Shown here: in pieces, positions 10,433 to 26,234 of the stretch
Position numbering within the stretch: the stretch's first letter is position 1
Layout of the letters: every line of letters starts with the position of its first letter
Source: Bdellovibrionales bacterium
GTDB lineage: Bacteria > Bdellovibrionota > Bdellovibrionia > Bdellovibrionales > JAUICD01
DNA: 64,000 bases
Assembly (NCBI GenBank): GCA_965262715.1
Contig: OZ253553.1
Span: forward strand, 1,024,001-1,088,000
Direction of reading: 5' to 3'
The notes under the pieces: model-generated
The model's input: the letters and a program-made list of their open reading frames with translations, nothing else
Databases searched by the model: none
What the model was told of the DNA's origin: nothing
Made by a program: the position numbers and the translations under genes

Positions 10433-11359
10433 CTACTCAGACAAACCTAAGTTTTTTACCCAATTATTAAATTGGTTAATTGACCCAGGGACAATAACTT
10501 CAACAGTTCCATCAGCAAGGTGACTCATACCACCTAAATACTTTTCCTTAAGCTTCAAGTTAAAAGCTGCCTCTCCTCCTTGTGAAGATAGCACCTTACC
10601 AATCTTCTCAAGAGATTCAGCAGTAGCCTCCGCTATGGTTGTAATTTCTTTAGCTTTCCCTTGAGCTTCATTTATTCTTTTTTGCATTTGTCCTTCAGAA
10701 ATATTTATCATTTCTATTTTTTCACCTTCAGATCTATTGATCCGAGCTTGTTTATCCCCTTCACTTGTTGCTAGTATAGCTCTTTTCTCTCTTTCAGCAT
10801 TGACTTGTTTTTCCATTGAATCTTGAATTCTAGCTGGAGGAGTGATATTTTTTATTTCATATCTTAAAACTCTTATTCCCCATGTCTCTCCTGCATTATT
10901 TAAAACCTCTACAATTTTTGAACTGATGACATCCCTTTCTTCAAAGGTTTTATCTAAATCTAAAGTAGCAATAACTGAACGTGTAGTTGTTTGAGTTATT
11001 TCTACAGCAGCCATTGCATAATCTGTTACACCGTAGCTTGCTTTTATTGAGTCAATAACACAAATATAAATAACACCATCTACAATGACACTAACTTCAT
11101 CTTTTGTAAAACAATCTTGCGGTGGTACATCTATTGTTCTTTCTTTTAAATCTTGAATAAAAGTGACCTTATCTATAAAAGGAATCAAAGCATGGAAACC
11201 TGCTCCTAATGTTTTATGATAACGACCCAGCCTCTCTGTAATATAAGCTTTTTTATTAGGAATAATTTTTATTGATGCTATTAATTTATAAACTATTATA
11301 AGAAAAATCAGTCCCCAAAAAACTAAATTAAACACATCCCAAAAATTTAACTCATTCAT
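10433..11359 (-). CDS. SPFH/band-7 (paraslipin-like) protein
   Basis: ERLGRY..TL..G, PPQDCFTKD, MEKQVNAEREKRA. Confidence 0.92.
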   Translation of the reverse strand: MNELNFWDVFNLVFWGLIFLIIVYKLIASIKIIPNKKAYITERLGRYHKTLGAGFHALIPFIDKVTFIQDLKERTIDVPPQDCFTKDEVSVIVDGVIYICVIDSIKASYGVTDYAMAAVEITQTTTRSVIATLDLDKTFEERDVISSKIVEVLNNAGETWGIRVLRYEIKNITPPARIQDSMEKQVNAEREKRAILATSEGDKQARINRSEGEKIEMINISEGQMQKRINEAQGKAKEITTIAEATAESLEKIGKVLSSQGGEAAFNLKLKEKYLGGMSHLADGTVEVIVPGSINQFNNWVKNLGLSE

Positions 11360-11371
11360 AACTACTCTCCT

Positions 11372-12301
11372 TTAATTTCTTATTTTATCTGTAGCCTTCA
11401 AAGGATTTATTAATTTTTCTGCTCCCTCAAAGAAAGTCTTTACACTAGCTACTCTTTCGGGCAGAACTGTTATCTTCGACTTGGATAAGACTTTATTTAG
11501 TTCATTAATGTATTGTTCAACCAACTGCACCTTAACTGCCATATTACCACCTGGTTTATTAATAGCTCCTGCTACAAGTTGTGAACCTTCTGCTGTTGCC
11601 GTAGCTAAAAGTTGAATTTCTTGTGCTTTCCCTTTTGAATAATTTATCTTTTTTTGTTTTTCACCCTCTGAAACATTGATAGCTTCTTGCCTTTTGCCTT
11701 CAGAAAGTAAAATTTGGCTTTCTTTTTGCGCTGTAGCAAGTGTAATTTCTGCTCTTTTTTCTCTCTCTGCCACCATTTGTTTCTCAAGAGTGGCTAAAAC
11801 ATGTTGAGAAGGTGAAATATTTTTAACTTCGTACCTCAAAACTTTAACTCCCCAAGGGTCACTAGCAGAATCAACTTCCTTAACAATTTTATCATTTAAA
11901 GTATCTCTCTCGCTAAATACCCTATTCAAAGTTAATTTTCCTACTTCAGATCGCATTGTGGTTTGAGCTAAGTTGACTGAAGCATTGCTGTAATCTCCAA
12001 TGCCATAACTGGCTTTTTTAGGATCAATGATCTTGAGATAAACAAGTCCATCAATTTGAACCTGCATATTATCTTTTGTAATACAAGTCTGAGCAGGAAT
12101 ATCGAAGATTTGTTCCCTAATTTCATGCCTATACGCAATATTGTCAAAAAAAGGAATCAAAAAATGAAACCCTGGTTCTAATATTTTTCGAAATTTTCCA
12201 AGCCTTTCAATAACAAGGGTTTCTCTCATAGGAACAACAACCATTGTATGCCATAATATAAATAATATCCCTATACTTAAAAATGTGAAAAATGTTAACA
12301 T
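11372..12301 (-). CDS. SPFH/band-7 (paraslipin-like) protein
   Basis: ERLGKF..LEPG, PAQTCITKDN, LAQTTMRSEVG, QMVAEREKRA. Confidence 0.92.
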   Translation of the reverse strand: MLTFFTFLSIGILFILWHTMVVVPMRETLVIERLGKFRKILEPGFHFLIPFFDNIAYRHEIREQIFDIPAQTCITKDNMQVQIDGLVYLKIIDPKKASYGIGDYSNASVNLAQTTMRSEVGKLTLNRVFSERDTLNDKIVKEVDSASDPWGVKVLRYEVKNISPSQHVLATLEKQMVAEREKRAEITLATAQKESQILLSEGKRQEAINVSEGEKQKKINYSKGKAQEIQLLATATAEGSQLVAGAINKPGGNMAVKVQLVEQYINELNKVLSKSKITVLPERVASVKTFFEGAEKLINPLKATDKIRN

Positions 12302-12320
12302 TTGTTCTCCTTGTGTATTA

Positions 12321-12761
12321 TTAGTTGAAAAAGTTTTTAACTATTAACTCATTTCCATCTCTCTTAGAAACAAGCGCTTTTTCACCAGCTTTAATCCTCT
12401 CATTACTTCTGGCAACCCACGTTGTCTCTCTAAGTTTTACACGTCCTTTTTTGTATGGTTGAATATCTTCAACTACTTTTACTTGTGATCCAACTAAGTC
12501 TAAATCTTCATCAGTATTTTGTACTTTAAAACTCCCTCCAAAATATCGGGAAAGCCTTTCTCTTAAAAAAAGAAGTAGAGTGATAGAAATGATAAACCAC
12601 GATATAAATGATGTTGAGATAGATGTTATCCACTCAAGGTAAAGAAGACTTCCTACAGTAATAGCCGCTGCACCTAGGAAAATAATAACCCCGCCAGGTA
12701 AAATAAGTTCCAAAAGCATCATTATAACGCCACAGGTGACCCAAACTAACCAGGATGTCAT
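12321..12761 (-). CDS. short NfeD-family membrane protein
   Basis: W...G..LELILPG hydrophobic N-terminus, OB-fold GRVK...W.A C-terminus, adjacent to SPFH genes. Confidence 0.88.
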   Translation of the reverse strand: MTSWLVWVTCGVIMMLLELILPGGVIIFLGAAAITVGSLLYLEWITSISTSFISWFIISITLLLFLRERLSRYFGGSFKVQNTDEDLDLVGSQVKVVEDIQPYKKGRVKLRETTWVARSNERIKAGEKALVSKRDGNELIVKNFFN

Positions 12762-12972
12762 TGATAAGCTCTCCTTTACATTTTTTCTCTTTACGTAGTT
12801 TTACAGTTTTATTTATTAAAAATATTTTCTCAATGCTATCTTAACACTCTCTCAAAAACAAGAGAAATCTTAATTCACTTAGAAGCTATCTCAAAATAAA
12901 GTTTTATAATACTTAAGATTATTGATTTACTCTTATTATAAATATTTGGTATAAAAATAAAAAAGGTATGAT

Positions 12973-13965
12973 ATGTCACAATCTATTTTAGAAGTTCATA
13001 ATTTGAGCATCTCTTTTCAATCAGAAGAGCATGGTACTCTTAACGCAGTCGATAATGTAAGCTTTTCTCTCAAGAAAGGAGAAACATTAGGCATCGTAGG
13101 TGAATCTGGCTGTGGTAAAACAATCACCGCTCTAGCTTTGATGAGATTACTTCCTCTACCTGCTAGCAGGATAGATACAGGTGAAGTCATATTTAATGGT
13201 AAAAACATTCTAAATTTACCTATAAAAGAGATGTTTCAGATTCGTGGTCGTAAAATTGCTATGATTTTTCAAGAACCTATGACAGCTCTAAATCCTGTAA
13301 AAACAATTGGAAAACAAATAGCTGAAGTTTATGAATTGCATTTTCCTGAAATGTCAAAATCAGAAATCACTCAATCAAGCGTAGAAATTCTTACTAGAGT
13401 AGGTATTCCTCTACCAGATTTACGCTTAAAAGAATATTCTTATCAACTTTCAGGAGGCATGAGACAAAGAGTGGTCATTGCTATGGCACTAGCAGGAAAA
13501 CCTGAAATACTCATTGCAGATGAACCTACAACAGCACTTGATGTCACAATTCAATCTCAAATTTTAGATCTAATAAAAGACCTACAAAAAGAAACTAACA
13601 TGAGTGTTATTCTCATCACACACAACTTAGGAATAGTAGCCCAAGTTTGTGATCGAGTTATGGTCATGTATGCCGGCCATATTGCTGAAAAAGCAAATGT
13701 GATTGATTTGTTTAAAAATCCAAGCCACCCTTATACAGTAGGGCTGCTCCACTCTATACCAAAATTAGATCACCCCAGCAAAGCACCGCTTAAAACTATT
13801 GAAGGAATGGTATCTAATTTAATGAATATGCCAAAAGGTTGTCGTTTTCAAAATAGATGTCCTTATGTTGAAAAAAAATGCTACCTAAAACCTCCTCCTC
13901 TAGAAACTTGTGCCACAAACCATAAAACAGCTTGTTATAATTGGAAGGAGATTCGCACTGAATAA
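12973..13965 (+). CDS. dppD: dipeptide/oligopeptide ABC transporter ATPase
   Basis: GESGCGKT, LSGGMRQR, ADEPTTALD, C-terminal GCRF..RC. Confidence 0.85.
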   Translation: MSQSILEVHNLSISFQSEEHGTLNAVDNVSFSLKKGETLGIVGESGCGKTITALALMRLLPLPASRIDTGEVIFNGKNILNLPIKEMFQIRGRKIAMIFQEPMTALNPVKTIGKQIAEVYELHFPEMSKSEITQSSVEILTRVGIPLPDLRLKEYSYQLSGGMRQRVVIAMALAGKPEILIADEPTTALDVTIQSQILDLIKDLQKETNMSVILITHNLGIVAQVCDRVMVMYAGHIAEKANVIDLFKNPSHPYTVGLLHSIPKLDHPSKAPLKTIEGMVSNLMNMPKGCRFQNRCPYVEKKCYLKPPPLETCATNHKTACYNWKEIRTE

Positions 13966-14959
13966 ACCTCTTTTAGAAGTGAAAAACCTTTCTAAACATT
14001 ATCCTATTTATGGAGGACTTTTGATGCGGCAAGTAGCTACAGTGTTTGCCGTAACAGATATCTCATTTGTGATTCAAGCAGGAGAAACCTTAGGACTGGT
14101 TGGAGAATCTGGGTGTGGTAAGAGCACTTTAGGTCGGACTCTCCTGAAGCTTTATCCTGTTACAGATGGAAAAATTTTTTTTCGAGGTGAAGATATTACA
14201 AATTGGCCAGAAAAAAATCTACATCAAATTAGAAAAGAAATACAAATTATATTTCAAGATCCTTATGAATCTTTAAATAGCCGGCACACTGTAGGTTATA
14301 TTTTAGAAGAACCCTTCATTATTCATAACATAGGAACACCTCAACAAAGAAGTATATGGGTCAATGACCTACTTCAACGGATTGGCTTACCAGAAGGTAG
14401 TCAATCCAAATACCCTCATGAGTTTTCTGGAGGACAGAGACAAAGAATAGGCATTGCAAGAGCAATTGCCCTTAAACCTAGTCTTATCGTTTGCGATGAA
14501 CCTGTTTCTGCTTTAGATGTTTCTATGCAATCTCAAATTTTAAATTTACTTATGGATTTACAAAAAGAAATGCATTTAAGTTATATTTTTATTTCTCATG
14601 ATTTAGCTACTGTGAAACACATCTCAGATAGATTAGCTGTTATGTACTTAGGTGGTATTGTCGAGATAGCAAAATCAAATGAAATTTATGAAAAACCTCT
14701 ACACCCATACACTCAAAGCTTGTTATCTGCTATACCCATACCTGACCCTACAAAAAAGCTTCAGAGAAAACCCTTAAAAGGAGAAGTGCCATCTCCACGT
14801 AAACCCCCTTCTGGCTGCGCATTTCACACACGTTGCCCTTATGCCAAAGACATCTGTAAGAGTCAAAAACCTAAACTAGAACACCAAAATATAAATGGAG
14901 CAAATAAACTACATCTGACAGCATGTCATTTTCCTTCTCTAATTAAAGATAGAAAATAG
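13958..14959 (+). CDS. dppF: dipeptide/oligopeptide ABC transporter ATPase (probable CTG start at 13958; track start 13910)
   Basis: GESGCGKST, HEFSGGQRQR, DEPVSALD; AGGAG 7 nt before CTG AAT AAA CCT CTT TTA GAA GTG. Confidence 0.85.
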   Translation: MNKPLLEVKNLSKHYPIYGGLLMRQVATVFAVTDISFVIQAGETLGLVGESGCGKSTLGRTLLKLYPVTDGKIFFRGEDITNWPEKNLHQIRKEIQIIFQDPYESLNSRHTVGYILEEPFIIHNIGTPQQRSIWVNDLLQRIGLPEGSQSKYPHEFSGGQRQRIGIARAIALKPSLIVCDEPVSALDVSMQSQILNLLMDLQKEMHLSYIFISHDLATVKHISDRLAVMYLGGIVEIAKSNEIYEKPLHPYTQSLLSAIPIPDPTKKLQRKPLKGEVPSPRKPPSGCAFHTRCPYAKDICKSQKPKLEHQNINGANKLHLTACHFPSLIKDRK

Positions 14960-15069
14960 ATATTTCTCTTGATACAATATCTTAAACTTTGCTAACTATT
15001 TTGACTTATCTTTGAATAGCAAGTAAATATTGACTTTTCATCAGTTAAAAAGCACATATTTTATTTATT

Positions 15070-16275
15070 ATGCCTAAACCAACCTTAAATACCAACTGGA
15101 TTGACCCTAGAGCTCTAGATATTATAGAACGCCTCCAAAAAAAAGGTCATCCTACCTATTTGGTTGGAGGATGTGTAAGAGACCTTCTCTTAGGTATTCA
15201 TCCAAAAGACTTTGATGTTGTCACATCAGCCCATCCTAGGCAAATTCGAAGAATTATTTCTAATAGTTATGTGATTGGCAGGAGATTTTGTCTAGTATTG
15301 GTCAAAAGAGGAGAAGATCAGTTTGAAGTATCTACATTTCGTAATTCTAATGCATCTGAATATGATAGCAAGTCTTCTGAAAAACAAAAAAACGTCCTTA
15401 AAGACAATTTATTTGGGACGCCTATCGAAGATGCCCATCGTAGAGATTTTACCATCAATAGCCTTTTTTATGACCCTTTTCAAAAAAAGATAATCGATTA
15501 TTGCAATGGATTAAAAGACATTCAAGCAAGAGTCATACGTATGATTGGAGATCCTTATGTGAGAATCCCAGAGGATCCTATTCGTATCCTAAGATCACTC
15601 CGCCTAGCCCATAAATTGCAATTTTCTATACATCCACTTTTACGCCAAGCCATCTCTCATTTATCAGAAAGTATTTCCTCATCTGTCCTACCTAGAAAAC
15701 GTGAAGAGATGTTAAAAATTCTTAGGCTTCAAAACCCAATAACAACTTTACAAGAAATTTATGATTTAGAAGTTATGAAATATGCATGGCCTAGACTACA
15801 TAAAATTTTAGAAACAGATTCATCAAAACAAGTGTTTTGGGATTATTTTTCGTCTATCTCTGAAGTAAGAGAAAGCAACCAAAATAAAAATTTGACAGAC
15901 CTTAAATCAAACTCTGTAGATATGTTTTCTCTTTTAATACTCAGTTTATTAGTCGCACAAAATATGTATGATCCTCTAAAAGCTATGCCTTCAGGAACTT
16001 ACTCCGATAATCAAGAACTTAAGACTTTGATGAAAGAAGAACTTGGAATGTTTGGATGGGAAATTATTGAAGTTCTCAGAGGATTAGAGATTCTTCCCTC
16101 TCTTAAAGGGCATTATAATATTTTTAAAACATGGAATAACACAAGACAAAGAAGGTTTTTAAAACAAAAAGGATTTGTAACTGCCCTACATTTGGCCGCT
16201 ATAGAGCAAACACTTCCTTATTGGGATATTGTATCTTGGATTGAAGAATATCAAAAATTACCTTCATCAAAATAA
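15070..16275 (+). CDS. pcnB: poly(A) polymerase
   Basis: VGGCVRDLLLG..PKDFD, PAP-type VIGRRF motif, RRDFTIN, EDPIRILR. Confidence 0.85.
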   Translation: MPKPTLNTNWIDPRALDIIERLQKKGHPTYLVGGCVRDLLLGIHPKDFDVVTSAHPRQIRRIISNSYVIGRRFCLVLVKRGEDQFEVSTFRNSNASEYDSKSSEKQKNVLKDNLFGTPIEDAHRRDFTINSLFYDPFQKKIIDYCNGLKDIQARVIRMIGDPYVRIPEDPIRILRSLRLAHKLQFSIHPLLRQAISHLSESISSSVLPRKREEMLKILRLQNPITTLQEIYDLEVMKYAWPRLHKILETDSSKQVFWDYFSSISEVRESNQNKNLTDLKSNSVDMFSLLILSLLVAQNMYDPLKAMPSGTYSDNQELKTLMKEELGMFGWEIIEVLRGLEILPSLKGHYNIFKTWNNTRQRRFLKQKGFVTALHLAAIEQTLPYWDIVSWIEEYQKLPSSK

Positions 16276-16399
16276 TCTTTTTTAATTTGATTGAAATACT
16301 ACATTTGCTTAAAAAATGCTTCTTATTTGAGTTTATATTTGGTGAATTTCAAACATGGTCAATCGTGTCATCTTTTTTATTTTTATTTACATAATGGGT

Positions 16400-16461
16400 T
16401 TGACTTTTGACTTTACTCTACTTTAAGGTAGAAGGTACTGTAAAATATTCGTTCTTTGAAA
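16400..16461 (+). promoter_or_regulatory. putative rRNA promoter and boxA
   Basis: TTGACT-18nt-TAAGGT (16400-16429); boxA-like GTTCTTTGAAA at 16451 (repeated at 18372). Confidence 0.45.
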
Positions 16462-16548
16462 TCTAAATAGCTAGTTTGTAGAGAGCTTATGCAATTTATA
16501 TTTTTTTTTAAAAACTTTAGCTTCTCTTAATTGAGGAGTTTTTGTTTT

Positions 16549-18078
<1,530 letters not shown>

Positions 18079-18292
18079 AAGGAGTTATTAAAAAAGTCTT
18101 TGTTTTTTGATGTTGGTAGAGTTTAAGTGAGAACTTTTTGGATTTCCTTAAATTTCAAACGAGAACACAACTCAATATCTTCAAACTAAGAACTTTGTGG
18201 TCAATACACCTTAATTTTAATTTATAGGGTGTTTTTGCAAAACTCATCTTATTCTAGCTATTTAGTTTTGAAAGAGCGAATGTGCTTAAATT

Positions 18293-18369
<77 letters not shown>

Positions 18370-18804
18370 TAGTTCTTTGAAAATTGAAGAGTTTAAAAGT
18401 AAATAAAATCAAGCTTTTAGCTTATTTATTTTAACAAATACTTAAAGCTAAAAACTAAGGTTTGATTTTATGAAAATATTTTTATACCAATACGAGCAAT
18501 GTGGTTTAATGTATTATTTTAGGTATTTGTTTTTTATACTTAATTGCTACATTATACTCAGAAAGAATGATTCTCTTAACGTTGTCTTAAGAGATGAACA
18601 GATTCTTTCTACTTAAAATAAGCTTTATTTTCTAGATTGCCAGCATCTGCTGACAACCAGAAAACAGCCAGAGGCTTGCCTCGAAGGGCTGGTTTATTTT
18701 CAGCAAAATAAGTTCAAATTGGTAGTTTCTAGCTGAGGAAAAATAACAATTAACAATTGTTATTTCATATCTTAAGTGATTATTTATTTTAGGTTATATT
18801 ATTT

Positions 18805-21840
<3,036 letters not shown>

Positions 21841-21983
21841 TATTTTTTATAACAATTATTAAAATAAATAAGGTACGTAAGATATAGAATTTGCTAGAAA
21901 CTACCAATTTGAATTTGTAAGTATGTTTACTCAAAATAATAGGTAGCCAACCTTTTAAGACAGCTTGCTGTCGGTTGACTACC

Positions 21984-22010
21984 AGAAAACACGCCAAAGG
22001 CGTGTTTTCT
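21984..22010 (+). terminator. probable rRNA operon terminator
   Basis: Perfect hairpin AGAAAACACGCC-AAA-GGCGTGTTTTCT. Confidence 0.65.
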
Positions 22011-22034
22011 AATGTATTTAGTCGTGAGGCAAAG

Positions 22035-22436
22035 ATGATAAGGCTTTTAATCTCTATAATTTTATTAACTTTTTTTGTTGGATGTGTAGTTGGACCTATT
22101 CCCTCATCAGAATTATTAGAGCCAATTAAAAAACAACATTCGGGAAATATTTCTGAAACAATTTCTAAATATAGATCACTCATTATTAATGACGGTTGGG
22201 AAATAGTGGCATATAATGTTTCTACTTCTGATGGATTCTTAAAGGCAACCCAACTGTATAATCGCACTTTTTTAGTTGCATATTCATTAACTGTGTCATG
22301 CAATCAAAGTTCTAGCGAAATAAATTGTGATATTACTGTAGGGACCACAGAATATGGGCATACTTCACGTGTAACTAAAAAAGCTTTGAATATTAAGGAG
22401 TTAAAGCAAATTCTTGACAAAATAAAAGCACTTTGA
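22035..22436 (+). CDS. hypothetical lipoprotein
   Basis: ATG at 22035 after GAGG gives MIRLLISIILLTFFVGC (lipobox); the track start at 21975 lies upstream of and reads through the terminator hairpin. Confidence 0.65.
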   Translation: MIRLLISIILLTFFVGCVVGPIPSSELLEPIKKQHSGNISETISKYRSLIINDGWEIVAYNVSTSDGFLKATQLYNRTFLVAYSLTVSCNQSSSEINCDITVGTTEYGHTSRVTKKALNIKELKQILDKIKAL

Positions 22437-22725
22437 GGCAAATCGCTACTGTTTTCTTTTTGAAAACCGTCTTTTCAAGTTTTTTAACCCTCATCTCAAG
22501 GCTTTTTTCAGACAGAATAACTTCTCGTAATTTCTTATTCAACCAAGTTAAATATCCAGAATTTTCTTTAGCAGCAAGCTTTTTTGCTGCCTCCACAATA
22601 TCTTTATCAAAGCGTATAGAAGTTAAGACCTTTTGTTGATCCTTAAAAGCCTTATCTACTTGAGACTTGGATTTGATCTTATCTCTGATAATAGCTCCTT
22701 TTGAAAAATCATAATTTCGTTTCAT
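22393..22725 (-). CDS. BrnA-like (RHH) antitoxin
   Basis: MKRNYDFSKG...TSIRFDKD...GYLTWLNKKLRE; overlaps a BrnT-like C-terminal remnant. Confidence 0.65.
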   Translation of the reverse strand: MKRNYDFSKGAIIRDKIKSKSQVDKAFKDQQKVLTSIRFDKDIVEAAKKLAAKENSGYLTWLNKKLREVILSEKSLEMRVKKLEKTVFKKKTVAICLKVLLFCQEFALTP

Positions 22726-22778
22726 AAAACAACCTTTCTTTTCTTATCGCCTTTTGAACTGAAATAATTTTTATAATA
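22714..22778 (-). pseudogene. BrnT toxin C-terminal remnant
   Basis: IIKIISVQKAIRKERLFYET*, like the BrnT end IRIISARKAT..ER..Y; cut by IS3. Confidence 0.6.
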
Positions 22779-24095
22779 TGAGGTGTACCCTTTATTTGGA
22801 GGATCCGTTCCATATTTTACTCACTTCTGAGATTCCCATTGTTGTTAATTCTCCTGTTTTCCATTTAGCTTCAAACTCATTAGGTGATAAGTAACCTAAT
22901 GAAGAATGTCGCCTTTTTTTATTATACATACCTTCGATAAACTTTGGAATACTTCTTAACACATCTTTAAAAGTTTTATATTCACACAGATGAACTTCTT
23001 CTCGTTTTAAAGAGCTAAAGAAAGATTCAACAAATGCATTATCCCAACAATTAGCTTTTCTCGACATGCTGATCTTAAAGCCTTTTTTTTTAAGCTTGTG
23101 GATATAATCTTTACTGGTGTATTGAACACCTTGATCACTATGATGAATACATCCTTTAGTATCTGATCTCTGCTCTAAACTCATCTCTAAAGCTCCTAAA
23201 CAAAGCTCTGTGTTGATCTCTCTAGAAATAGCCCACCCTACAATCTTCCTTGAAAAAATATCTAAAATCACTGCTAAAAAAACAAAACCATCTTGAATCC
23301 TAATGTATGTGATATCTGTTACCCAAAGCTGGTTGGGTCTATTCACTTCAATGCCAAAAGTTAAATTCGGATAAACTCGATTTGAATGTTTAGAATCCGT
23401 GGTTGAAACTCTAAAACCCTTGTAAATCAAGGCCTTTAAACCGTATTTCCGCATAATGCGAGCAATCCTCTTGCGGTTGGCTTTAATACTCTTCTCTTGC
23501 TCAAGTTCCAATTGAATACGACGTATTCCATACATCGGGTATTTACACTGTATCCTCTCAATCTGCTCTTTCAAATCAAAATCCCTTTGCTCTCGCTCTT
23601 GCTGTGAAATCTTTCTCTTGTAATAGTAGCTACTTAAAGGTAACCCTAACGCTTTACACGTTTTTGAAATTGATCCAAATTCTTTCCAGTGATTACCGAT
23701 GATCTCACGCTTCTCCTCTGCTGAAGCTCCTTTTTGGCCTTTTTTAAAAACTCGTTCTCTAGGCTCAGCTGTCCTACCTTTGCCTGAAGTGCATATATTT
23801 GTCTCTCTAGAGATCTCTCCCTTGATGAAGGGTTTCCCAAAGGTGTCCCTTGTTGATACTTCTTAAACCACTCTAAGACTGTTTGGCGATGAAGTTGATG
23901 CTCCTGGCAAATCTCTAACAGAGATTTGCCTTCATTGATCGACTCACATATAGCTTCCTTGAATTGAACATTAAATCGTCTTCTTACTTTGCCCATGATC
24001 TTCCTCCTGCTCTTATAGCTTTTTATAGCTAAAATTCAGGAATCTCAAGTGAGTTATTTTAGCACTTAACTCTCCAGTTTATGGGGTACAGACCA
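22779..24095 (-). mobile_element. IS3-family insertion sequence, copy 1 (1317 bp)
   Basis: TG...CA ends, IRs TGAGGTGTACCCTTTATTTGGAG / TGGTCTGTACCCCATAAACTGGAG, 3-bp TSD ATA, orfA/orfB. Confidence 0.95.
22792..23996 (-). CDS. IS3 transposase OrfAB (OrfA 23646-23996; OrfB joined by -1 frameshift)
   Basis: WVTDITY, HHSDQGVQY, DNAFVESFF DDE motifs; A6G slippery site at 23739-23745 with open -1 frame (SKTCKALGLPLSSYYY). Confidence 0.92.
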
Positions 24096-24318
24096 ATATC
24101 AACTTTAGAATAAGTTTTATGCTATTGAATCAAAATAAAATTTAATATCTAAGACTTTTGATAATTTCTTTAAAGTAGAGAGTAAAGGATTTGTTTTTGA
24201 AGGAATTTCTAATTTAGCATAAGCTTGTTGAGTTATATTAAGTTTTTTTGCTATTTGAGCTTGAGATAATTTTTTTGCTTTTCTTACCTTTCTTAATACA
24301 ATTGCTAAAGCTAATTGA

Positions 24319-26008
24319 CCTGACTTCGTGATTAAAGATATACACTACATTGCTTTTTTTTGATAAGCCTTGATATTTATCTTACAAAGCCCTTATATTT
24401 TAATAAGTTAAGCTATTTTAAAAAAAAAGTATATTTTTTAAAAAAGCTTGATTTTATGTTTGTAGTGTATAATATATACACTATGAGTTTTATAAGGAAA
24501 ATTAAAAAAGGAAAAAAGATTTATCTAGCTGAGGTTGAAAACGAAAGAGTCAAAGGTAAGATTGTGCAAAGACACCTTCGTTATGTTGGAAAGATGGTGG
24601 ATGATCAAACAGTGATATCTACTTCTTCCAAAGACTTGCAAGTTGATAGTGTCAAGGTCTATGGACCTTTACTGGTTTTAAACAGGATTGCCAATAAAAT
24701 ACAGCTTTCAAAAATCTTAGGAAAATACTCAAATGAGATATTAAGCATGGTTTATGCTCATTGTTTAAACTATAAAAGCGTCAATAATATGCCTGATTGG
24801 TTTGCTAGAACAGACTTAAATGCTCTCTTAAACTTAGAAAATCTAACAGAAAGCCGACTACTTTCAGCATTTGACAGCTTGACTGAGGAAAAAATAGAAG
24901 CTCATCAAAGAAATATATTTAATAGTGTTAAGAAAAAGTACAAATTATCTTCACGCGGGATTGTTTATGATGTGACCAACACATACCTTTATGGCACAAA
25001 ATGTCAAATAGCCAAATTAGGAAAAAGCAAAGATGGCAAAAAAGAAAGGCCATTGATTCAAATAGGTTTAGCTATAACACAGAAAGAGGGTATTCCTGTT
25101 TTCCATAAGACGTTCGATGGCAATATCCATGATAGTAAGACTTTATTGGCTCTTGTGAAGCATTTTTCTGATTATGATCTTCATTCAGGGATTTTTATTT
25201 ATGATCGTGGAGTGACGTCTGCAAAGAACTTGAAGTACATAGGAGGTTTAGGTTGGCAAACACTGTGTGGTCTTCCTATTAAATCAAAAGAGAAGGCTAT
25301 CATCAAAAAGCTTTTGAAAGGTCATTCATTAGCAAAGATGTCAAATAGAGTTGTCATCAATAAAAGCAGTTTTTATGTGGAAACTGTCAATTATGAGTTT
25401 AGTGGTATAAAAGGGAAATTGGCAATATGTTACAATGAGCGTAGGAAAGTAGATTTAAAGGAGTCTCGATATGATGAGATTTCACATGCTCAGAATTTAC
25501 TTTCTCAAAACAAAGTCATAAAAAGAGGACTGAAAAAATACCTAACCCCATCTGGTAGGATCCGACATGAAGAATTAGCAAAAGCAGAAGAGTTTGATGG
25601 CTATTCCTGTATCTTTTCCACAAAACATATTCCAAAGCAAGAGATGATAAGCTTATATTTTGACAAGGATATAGTGGAAAGGGCTTTTAAAACTCTCAAA
25701 GGGATCACTCATTTACGTCCTATTCGTCATTGGCTTTACAATAGAGTCATAGGCCATGTCTTCATTTGTTATCTCTCTTATCTTTTACTGTCCATTTTAA
25801 AGTTGAGTTTAAAAAAACTTAATATCTCATCTGAAAAAGCTCTGACTGACTTAGAAAGTATGCATAAAGTTTATTTGTATGACAAAAGAAAAAAATATAA
25901 ATTTGTTAAAACTGTTGCATTAACAAAACATCAAGAGAAACTCCTCAAAACAATAGACCCTAAATTAATTGCAGATGTGTAGTGTATACTTATGACCACG
26001 AAATCAGG
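24319..26008 (+). mobile_element. IS1634-family insertion sequence (1690 bp)
   Basis: IRs CCTGACTTCGTG / CACGAAATCAGG; 7-bp TSD TAATTGA. Confidence 0.92.
24483..25982 (+). CDS. IS1634-family transposase
   Basis: YDVTNTY, YDRG, Y..K..VERAFKTLK, LRPIRHW...GHVFIC; likely start MSFIRKIKK at 24483. Confidence 0.9.
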   Translation: MSFIRKIKKGKKIYLAEVENERVKGKIVQRHLRYVGKMVDDQTVISTSSKDLQVDSVKVYGPLLVLNRIANKIQLSKILGKYSNEILSMVYAHCLNYKSVNNMPDWFARTDLNALLNLENLTESRLLSAFDSLTEEKIEAHQRNIFNSVKKKYKLSSRGIVYDVTNTYLYGTKCQIAKLGKSKDGKKERPLIQIGLAITQKEGIPVFHKTFDGNIHDSKTLLALVKHFSDYDLHSGIFIYDRGVTSAKNLKYIGGLGWQTLCGLPIKSKEKAIIKKLLKGHSLAKMSNRVVINKSSFYVETVNYEFSGIKGKLAICYNERRKVDLKESRYDEISHAQNLLSQNKVIKRGLKKYLTPSGRIRHEELAKAEEFDGYSCIFSTKHIPKQEMISLYFDKDIVERAFKTLKGITHLRPIRHWLYNRVIGHVFICYLSYLLLSILKLSLKKLNISSEKALTDLESMHKVYLYDKRKKYKFVKTVALTKHQEKLLKTIDPKLIADV

Positions 26009-26234
26009 TAATTGAAGATCAACTTCTATAGGGTGATAGTTTGCGCTTTTTCTTATTTAGGATGAGGTATGTTAAGATTTCTATCACAATTAGATGCAAG
26101 CCATCCATTAAGAGCTTCCACTGCATTTTGTTTAGCATCTTTTAGAGTTCGACCTTCTGTAAGGCAACCTTTTAATTCAGGAAACTCTACAAGATACGAT
26201 CCAGGTTCTTGCTTAGTAATACGGGCAAAATATT

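Noticed and set aside
24360..24482. 41-aa N-terminal extension of the second IS1634 transposase
   Set aside because: AT-rich promoter-like region of the IS end; the family-like N-terminus starts at 24483
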